From positions 1-64,000 of the forward strand of contig CAXXKA010000003.1 of the NCBI GenBank assembly GCA_963668625.2: DNA of 64,000 nucleotides, given 5' to 3'. Origin of the DNA: an uncultured candidate division Zixibacteria bacterium. GTDB lineage: Bacteria; Zixibacteria; MSB-5A5; UBA10806; 4484-95. Positions 57,416-64,000 of this stretch are shown here, one piece after another (position 1 is the stretch's first letter; each line of letters starts with the position of its first letter). The notes under the pieces are model-generated. The model saw nothing but the letters and a program-made list of their open reading frames with translations. It had not been told where the DNA came from and made no database searches. The position numbers were made by a program, and so were the translations under genes.

Positions 57416-58663
57416 ATGTTAAAAATTGCCAACATCATCCCCGGCGCACCGGCCGATAGCGGCGAACTAAAGCCGGGCGATAAGCTGTTAACTATCAACG
57501 GGGTTGAGGTTAAGGACTTCATCGATTTCCGCTATGCAGAGGCGGAGGAAGAGCTTAAAATCGCTTTTCTTCGCGGTGAAAAGCAATTTACTTTAGCCAT
57601 CAACAAAGAAATAGACCAAAATCTGGGATTGGAATTCGAGCCCGATAGGATCATCAGGTGCAGAAACAAGTGTATATTCTGTTTCTGCCACAATAATCCC
57701 CGTCAACTGCGCCGCTCGCTATATGTCAAAGATGATGATTACCGGTATTCGTTTCTTCACGGCAGTTTTATCACTATGACCAACCTGGCCGAGGCGGATA
57801 TCGAGCGAATTATCTCCCTGCGTTTGTCGCCGATGTATATCTCCGTTCACGCCACCGATATCGATACGCGCAAGCAGCTTTTCGGTCGCGACAATGTGCC
57901 CTCCGTAATGCCTGTACTGAAACGTTTCGCCGAGAATGGCATAGAGTTTCACTGCCAGGTGGTTGTCGTACCCGGCTACAATGATAACGATATCCTTTAT
58001 AAAACCGCTGATGATTTGGCCTCGCTACGTCCATACGCATCCTCGCTGGCGGTTGTACCGGTTGGTCTGACTAATTTCTCCCGTCCCGATTTGAGATCGG
58101 TTGGCCCTAAAAGCGCTCTTGAGCTGATTAACGCGGTAAATGATTTCCGATTGGGATATGGCGAGCCGGGCAATCAATTTGCCTACGCCGCCGATGAGTT
58201 ATTTATCAAAGCCGGGTTATCGATTCCCGAGATCGACTACTATGATGATTTCCCGCAAATCGAAAACGGTATCGGCATGGTGCGAGATTTTCTGGATACG
58301 TTTCCCCGCAAAATACCCGCTAATATCGGCGGTTATTGGGTGACATCGCGGTCTATGAGTTTTATCTGGCGTAAATATTTGATGCCAAAATACGATCTTG
58401 ATATTAAATTGATTCCCGTTACGAATGAATTATTCGGGCCGAAAGTTACAGTTAGTGGTTTACTTTCGGGACGGGATATTCTAAATACACTTAAACGTAG
58501 AAAGTTAAAAACGGATCAGCCGATCGTGTTACCGCCCAATTGCTTGAATCATGATGGCTTGTTCATCGATGATTTAACCGTGGCTGATCTGGAGAATGAG
58601 TTGAAAATGAATGTAGTTCAGGGCTCTTATAGTTTCAAAGAGACATTGAGGATGGTTTCATGA
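57416..58663 (+). CDS. PDZ + DUF512 radical-SAM-like Fe-S protein
   Basis: N-terminal PDZ; CRNKCIFC, LYVKDDDYRYSFLHG, AVVPVGLT and QIENGIG motifs. Confidence 0.9.
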   Translation: MLKIANIIPGAPADSGELKPGDKLLTINGVEVKDFIDFRYAEAEEELKIAFLRGEKQFTLAINKEIDQNLGLEFEPDRIIRCRNKCIFCFCHNNPRQLRRSLYVKDDDYRYSFLHGSFITMTNLAEADIERIISLRLSPMYISVHATDIDTRKQLFGRDNVPSVMPVLKRFAENGIEFHCQVVVVPGYNDNDILYKTADDLASLRPYASSLAVVPVGLTNFSRPDLRSVGPKSALELINAVNDFRLGYGEPGNQFAYAADELFIKAGLSIPEIDYYDDFPQIENGIGMVRDFLDTFPRKIPANIGGYWVTSRSMSFIWRKYLMPKYDLDIKLIPVTNELFGPKVTVSGLLSGRDILNTLKRRKLKTDQPIVLPPNCLNHDGLFIDDLTVADLENELKMNVVQGSYSFKETLRMVS

Positions 58664-59970
58664 GGCCGGTCGTAGCAATAGTCGGCAGACCCAATGTCGG
58701 CAAATCAACGCTTTTCAATCGATTAATCCGTCAGAGAAAAGCAGTTGTGGATGATCGCCCGGGAGTGACCCGCGACCGCGTATACGGCGATTGCTCATGG
58801 GCAGGTTTCGATTTCATCCTGATAGATACAGGCGGTTTTATCCCGCGCTCCCAGGAGATGATCCCCTCGCTGGTAACCCAGCAGGCGGAACTGGCAATCG
58901 ATCAGGCGGATGTAGTGATGCTGGTGCTCGATAGCAAAGTCGGCGTGCAAACTGTCGATGAGGAAATAGCCTCGCTATTGAAAAAGGCCCACAAGAAATC
59001 GATCGTAGTCGCTAACAAAGCCGATTCGGAAAAAGATATTCCCAATACTACGGAATTTTATAATCTCGGATTAGGGGAGGTGTTTCCCATAGCCTCCGAA
59101 AGCGGCCGTCAGGTGGGAGATATGCTCGACCAACTGGTAGGGCTTCTGCCGGAGAATTTCGAGGAGGACATACCTCATGATGCTATCAATATCGCGATAA
59201 TCGGTCGACCCAATGTCGGTAAATCATCACTGTTCAATATAATAGTAGGCGAAAACCGTCAGATAGTCTCGAATATTCCCGGTACGACACGCGATTCGGT
59301 TGACAGCCTGGTGGAGATCGATGGGCGAAAATACAATTTCATCGATACCGCCGGTTTGCGTAGAAAAACGCATTATGCCGATGTTATCGAGTATTACTCA
59401 TCCCTGCGCTCGATTAAAGCTATCGAACGGGCCGATATCGTACTCGTATTAATCGATACCGAGGACGGTGTGAAAATGGGCGATATCAAGGTGGCGGTCG
59501 AGGCCGAACAAATGGGCAGGGGGATTATTTTCGTGGCCAATAAATGGGACCTGGTCAAGGCCGTGGAGCAGCAGACGTTCGTACGGGAGCTATACGAGAA
59601 AGCTCAGACACTGAGATTCGTTCCCGTGGTATTTACCAGCGCCATAACCGGCAGGGGAATCGAAAAGATACTCCCGGCGGTAAACCATGTAAGCCGGGAA
59701 ACGCAAAAACGTATCGGTACCTCCGAGCTTAATTCGTTTATCGAGGAGGCGTACAAAGAACGTCACCCACCGGCAAGACGAGGTAAATTTATCAAATTTT
59801 ACTATGTCACCCAGGCCGAAAGCAAGCCGCCGACATTCATATTTTTCTGTAATTTCCCGAAATCCATCGAACCGTCATACGAGCGATTTTTGGAAAACAA
59901 GCTCAGGTCCACGTTCGGTTTTGATGGCGTCCCGCTTCGCTTCAGGTTCAGATCAAGAGGTCACAGCTAA
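58660..59970 (+). CDS. der: Ribosome biogenesis GTPase Der (EngA)
   Basis: Two GRPNVGKS domains; DTGG/DTAG and NKAD/NKWD motifs. Confidence 0.97.
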   Translation: MRPVVAIVGRPNVGKSTLFNRLIRQRKAVVDDRPGVTRDRVYGDCSWAGFDFILIDTGGFIPRSQEMIPSLVTQQAELAIDQADVVMLVLDSKVGVQTVDEEIASLLKKAHKKSIVVANKADSEKDIPNTTEFYNLGLGEVFPIASESGRQVGDMLDQLVGLLPENFEEDIPHDAINIAIIGRPNVGKSSLFNIIVGENRQIVSNIPGTTRDSVDSLVEIDGRKYNFIDTAGLRRKTHYADVIEYYSSLRSIKAIERADIVLVLIDTEDGVKMGDIKVAVEAEQMGRGIIFVANKWDLVKAVEQQTFVRELYEKAQTLRFVPVVFTSAITGRGIEKILPAVNHVSRETQKRIGTSELNSFIEEAYKERHPPARRGKFIKFYYVTQAESKPPTFIFFCNFPKSIEPSYERFLENKLRSTFGFDGVPLRFRFRSRGHS

Positions 59971-60605
59971 TGGTTTCTCTTCTAGCGATAATATTGCTTT
60001 CCTACATTGCCGGGTCGTTTCCATCGGGAATAGTATTAGGCAAGATATTTAAAGGCATTGATGTTCGCGAGTACGGCTCGAAAAATATGGGCGCCACTAA
60101 TGTTTTCAGGGTACTGGGAGCCAAAATCGCCATTCCCGTACTTCTTCTGGATATGGCCAAAGGAGCGATCCCGGTATTGCTATTCACCCGGATAAATTTC
60201 GGTGATCTGGCGATGGATATGCACTGGTTGAAAATAATAGCCGCTTTTTGCGCAGTATTCGGTCATGTGTTCTCGTTATGGGTGAAATTCAAAGGCGGCA
60301 AGGGGGTCGCCACCGCCGGAGGTGTATTTTTCGGGATGATGCCGGTTGAGGTCGGTATGGCTATATTTCTCTTCATTCTCGTGGTGACAATTACACGTTA
60401 TGTATCTCTCGGTTCGATTCTGGCTACTTTTTTCTTGTTCTGCTCATTGGTTGTCGAGGCAGCTTATTTGAAATCTCCAATTCCTAAACCGTACGTGATA
60501 CTCACCTTGATACTATTACTTATGATAATTATTACTCATCGCCAAAATATTAAACGTCTGGTAAAAGGTGAGGAAAATAAAATTGGGAGTAAACCGAAAA
60601 CTTAG
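59970..60605 (+). CDS. plsY: Glycerol-3-phosphate acyltransferase PlsY
   Basis: GSKNMGATNVFR, GHVFS..FKGGKGVAT and HRQNIKRL motifs. Confidence 0.96.
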   Translation: MVSLLAIILLSYIAGSFPSGIVLGKIFKGIDVREYGSKNMGATNVFRVLGAKIAIPVLLLDMAKGAIPVLLFTRINFGDLAMDMHWLKIIAAFCAVFGHVFSLWVKFKGGKGVATAGGVFFGMMPVEVGMAIFLFILVVTITRYVSLGSILATFFLFCSLVVEAAYLKSPIPKPYVILTLILLLMIIITHRQNIKRLVKGEENKIGSKPKT

Positions 60606-60617
60606 AAGATATTTATT

Positions 60618-61628
60618 ATGAGTAAAATCACGGTAATGGGCGCGGGAAGCTGGGGGATTGCGGTAACCAATTTAATTCATCAAAACGGCTATGAGGTTGT
60701 CCTGTGGGAGTATTTCGAGGCGGATTGCGAGAAAATCAAACAACTCCGCGAGCAACCCGATAAATTGCCCGGCATAAAAATCCCCGAATCAGTAACAGTA
60801 ACAAACGAATTATCACGGGCGCTCGAAAGGACAGAGGGTATCGTGCTGGCCATCCCCTCGCAATTTATGCGCAATATTGTTAAAATGATGGCTCCCCTTT
60901 TGGAAGGCGATATAAAGTTCATAGTCAGCCTGGCAAAGGGTATAGAGAATAAAACGCTATGTCGGATGTCCGAAGTATTGCATCAGGAGTTGGCCGAGCA
61001 ATATCATGGCAAAGTTGCCAGCTTATCCGGGCCATCACATGCCGAGGAGGTTTCCCGCAATATGCCAACGACGGTAGTTGCCGCCTCCGAGAATATCGGT
61101 GTAGCCGAAAGCGTACAGGAGGTATTCTCGAGCGATACGTTCCGGGTGTACAGCTCCACCGATTTAGTCGGCGTGGAACTGGGAGGCTCGCTTAAAAACG
61201 TGATCGCTATTGCCGCCGGTATAGTTTATGGCCTGGGGCTGGGCGATAACACTATAGGCGCGCTTATAACCCGGGGATTGGCCGAGATGGTCAGGCTATC
61301 TGAGCATATGGGCGCTGACCCGCTGACATTATCGGGCTTATCGGGTATCGGTGATCTTATCACCACCTGCACCAGTAAACATTCCCGCAACCGATTCGTG
61401 GGTGAGGAACTCGGCAAAGGCCGCACGCTAAACGAGATTCTCGATTCTATGAAAATGGTAGCCGAGGGTGTTAAAACAACCCAGTCGGTTTACGAGTTAT
61501 CCAAAAAACATAATGTTGAAATGCCAATAACTCATCAGGTTTACAGCATCCTATTCGAGGATAAAGAGGCTAGAACCGCCTTAAATGACTTAATGAGTCG
61601 GGAATTAAAAGCCGAAATCTGGTCGTAG
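60618..61628 (+). CDS. gpsA: NAD(P)H-dependent glycerol-3-phosphate dehydrogenase
   Basis: GAGSWG, SGPSHAEEV, LKNVIAI and GDLITTC..SRN motifs. Confidence 0.96.
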   Translation: MSKITVMGAGSWGIAVTNLIHQNGYEVVLWEYFEADCEKIKQLREQPDKLPGIKIPESVTVTNELSRALERTEGIVLAIPSQFMRNIVKMMAPLLEGDIKFIVSLAKGIENKTLCRMSEVLHQELAEQYHGKVASLSGPSHAEEVSRNMPTTVVAASENIGVAESVQEVFSSDTFRVYSSTDLVGVELGGSLKNVIAIAAGIVYGLGLGDNTIGALITRGLAEMVRLSEHMGADPLTLSGLSGIGDLITTCTSKHSRNRFVGEELGKGRTLNEILDSMKMVAEGVKTTQSVYELSKKHNVEMPITHQVYSILFEDKEARTALNDLMSRELKAEIWS

Positions 61629-61720
61629 GTATACTTTCTGATAACAAATCGCTTGCAAAGCGCGCCCAATCAAAACATATTTATATGATACAACTAATTA
61701 GACAGGAAAGGGTTTAAGGG

Positions 61721-61969
61721 TTGGCAAAATTTAGTTTCGAAAACGCTATGGAAAGGCTCGAACAAATCGTGGATGACCTCGAATCCGGTAAATTGGAGTT
61801 GGAAGAGTCGATTAAAGTGTTCGAGGAGGGCGTCGAGCTTTCTAAAAAATGTCATAAAAAATTAACCGAGGCTGAAACAAAGGTCAAACAGCTGATTAAA
61901 AATGAGAACGGCGAGTTTGAAATGAAATTATTCGATGAAGAGGAGGATGCCTCGGATGAGTCTACTTGA
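61721..61969 (+). CDS. xseB: Exodeoxyribonuclease VII small subunit
   Basis: FENAMERLEQIV..LESG.L.LEES...FEEG. Confidence 0.93.
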   Translation: MAKFSFENAMERLEQIVDDLESGKLELEESIKVFEEGVELSKKCHKKLTEAETKVKQLIKNENGEFEMKLFDEEEDASDEST

Positions 61970-63857
61970 TAGAATCAACAGCCCTCAGGATATAAAGTCA
62001 CTCGATCTCGGGAAGCTAAATGAACTGGCAGGCGAGATACGAGAGTATATCATTGATGTGGTCTCCCGGAATGGTGGCCATCTGGCGTCGAATCTCGGCA
62101 TTGTCGAGTTGATGCTGGCGGTTCATTATGCTTACGATATCGCGCGGGATAAAATCCTTTTCGATGTCGGGCATCAATGTTACACCCATAAAATTCTCAC
62201 CGGTCGTAAGAATGAGTTCACCGGAATACGAACTAAAGGCGGGCTTTCGGGATTTCCCAGGCCATCCGAGTCAACCTGCGATAATTTCTCCGCCGGGCAT
62301 GCCTCGACCTCGATATCGGCCGCGTTGGGATTTGCCGCCGCCCGCGATATAAAAGGCGAGGATCACAAGGTGCTGGCGATTATCGGGGATGGCTCTTTAA
62401 CCGGCGGCTTATCGTATGAGGGGCTAAACCAGGCCGGCGGCATGGATAAGGACCTTTTGATAATATTAAACGATAACGAGATGTCTATCTCACATAATGT
62501 AGGCGCATTGTCGAAATATCTTACCGAAATAATAGCCGATGAAAGCTATAACAAGCTCAAAGCCGATATCTGGAATTTAACCGAACGACTGCCCAAAAAG
62601 GATACCCTTCGCCGGGGCATTACCAATATGCAGGATATGGTTAAAAGCCTGATCGTACCGGGGCAAATATTCGAAAAACTCGGTTTCAGGTATTTTGGCC
62701 CTATAGATGGCCACGATGTTGGCCGTTTGATAAAGATTCTCTCACAAATAAAAGAGCTTCGCGGCCCGTTGCTTCTGCATGTCATAACCCACAAAGGCAA
62801 AGGCTATAAATTCGCCGAGGAGAACCCCACCAGGTTCCACGGTGTCGGCGCTTTCGACAAGCAAACCGGCGAGTCGACCAAGCTGAAAAAATCTTTACCG
62901 TACACCCAGGTATTCGGCGAGACCCTTGCCCGACTGGCCGAGCTTAATAGCAATATCTGCGCGATAACCGCCGCCATGACCAACGGTACCGGACTCGACT
63001 ATTTCGCCAAGAAATTTCCGAAGCGTTTTTTCGATGTCGGAATTGCCGAGGGGCATGGTTCTACTTTTTCGGCCGGATTGGCCTCGGCGGGCATGAAACC
63101 ATTTTTCGCGGTCTATTCGACATTCCTGCAACGGGGATTCGACCAGATAATACATGATATCGCCCTGCAGAAACTGCCGGTAACTTTCTGTATCGACAGG
63201 GCCGGTATAGTGGGCGAGGATGGCGCGACTCATCATGGCGTATTCGATATACCATACCTGTTACAAATTCCCGATATGACCATAACCGCGCCTAAAGATG
63301 GCTCTGAACTTCAGGGACTGCTGGCGTTGGCTGCCAACTACTATGATGGACCGTTCGCGGTTCGCTATCCGCGAGGCGATATCCCCGAGCACGACCTTCA
63401 GCATTCACTCGAACCGATAGAATACGCTACCTGGGAGGTGCTTCGCGAGGGCGGCGACCTGGCTATTCTGGCGGTCGGCTCGATGGTCTACCCATCCTGG
63501 AAAGCCGCCGATATGCTTGATAAAGACAGAGTAAGCGCTACCGTTATAAATTGCCGGTTTATCAAGCCTGTCGATAAAGAGATGCTGAACAAGATCCTGG
63601 AGGAATTCAGTATTATCGTAACTATTGAGGAAGGTGCGGAAATAGGCGGATTCGGGCAATATATCAGGGCGCTGGCTGATAATGATAAGTACGATGATAT
63701 CAGGATAAAAAACCTGGCTTTACCCGATGAGTTTATAAACCACGGCAAAAGATCGGAACTTCTAGATGATGTTGGCCTGACAGAAGAGGGGATAGCCTCG
63801 AGCATTCTTGATTTCGTCCAAATCCAAAAAGATAAAATTATTAACAGGCGAAAATGA
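61956..63857 (+). CDS. dxs: 1-deoxy-D-xylulose-5-phosphate synthase
   Basis: GGHLASNLG, DVGHQCY, GDGSL..LNDN, DVGIAE and DRAGIVGEDGATH motifs. Start set at ATG 61956 after GAGGAGG. Confidence 0.97.
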   Translation: MSLLDRINSPQDIKSLDLGKLNELAGEIREYIIDVVSRNGGHLASNLGIVELMLAVHYAYDIARDKILFDVGHQCYTHKILTGRKNEFTGIRTKGGLSGFPRPSESTCDNFSAGHASTSISAALGFAAARDIKGEDHKVLAIIGDGSLTGGLSYEGLNQAGGMDKDLLIILNDNEMSISHNVGALSKYLTEIIADESYNKLKADIWNLTERLPKKDTLRRGITNMQDMVKSLIVPGQIFEKLGFRYFGPIDGHDVGRLIKILSQIKELRGPLLLHVITHKGKGYKFAEENPTRFHGVGAFDKQTGESTKLKKSLPYTQVFGETLARLAELNSNICAITAAMTNGTGLDYFAKKFPKRFFDVGIAEGHGSTFSAGLASAGMKPFFAVYSTFLQRGFDQIIHDIALQKLPVTFCIDRAGIVGEDGATHHGVFDIPYLLQIPDMTITAPKDGSELQGLLALAANYYDGPFAVRYPRGDIPEHDLQHSLEPIEYATWEVLREGGDLAILAVGSMVYPSWKAADMLDKDRVSATVINCRFIKPVDKEMLNKILEEFSIIVTIEEGAEIGGFGQYIRALADNDKYDDIRIKNLALPDEFINHGKRSELLDDVGLTEEGIASSILDFVQIQKDKIINRRK

Positions 63858-64000
63858 AAACATTCGGAATAATAGCTCATTTAAAACGGCCAAATGTCGA
63901 GAGAACGGCCAAACTGGTTATAGATTGGCTGCAATTGCAGAAACTCGAGTATCGTGTCAACAGTGACTTGATATCCGAGATGAGCCTTGCGGAAAAAGTT
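63854..64000 (+). CDS. Probable NAD kinase, N-terminal part (runs off the window)
   Basis: MKTFGIIAHLKRPNVERTAKLVIDWL, overlapping the dxs stop (ATGA). The dxs-nadK neighbourhood is common. Confidence 0.55.
   Translation, partial: MKTFGIIAHLKRPNVERTAKLVIDWLQLQKLEYRVNSDLISEMSLAEKV

Noticed and set aside
1-64000. CRISPR array or cas genes
   Set aside because: No regularly spaced direct repeats or Cas motifs were seen; the repeats are dispersed.

Overview
A 64-kb chromosomal window from a Gram-negative bacterium. The Cys-containing dockerin-like C-terminal modules and a T9SS-type C-terminal domain suggest candidate phylum Zixibacteria or the FCB group; this is an inference. Most of the window is housekeeping: meaB plus an acyl-CoA mutase with isobutyryl-CoA-mutase residues, a glycosylation operon around a DUF2723/TMEM260-like protein, accA, mreCD-mrdA-rodA-lgt-comF-archease-rtcB, pfkA, gap, pepF, an LpoB/COG3014/LPP20 lipoprotein cluster and der-plsY-gpsA-xseB-dxs. 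Accessory material includes an AT-rich IS graveyard at the left end (with a 246-bp MITE inserted in a transposase 3' end), an ABC-ATPase plus TOPRIM-like defence-type pair, and an integrase-less ~1.9-kb islet at tRNA-Gly(CCC). There are at least three families of small structured intergenic repeats and two unannotated cationic microproteins. The best candidate novel systems are (i) three secreted proteins sharing a dockerin-like tail, one a putative cohesin-dockerin adaptor and one a C25-like protease (a possible cellulosome-like proteolytic complex), (ii) a TMEM260-like protein glycosylation operon, and (iii) the REP-carrying MITE families. All family calls come from motif recognition by eye; no database searches were run.
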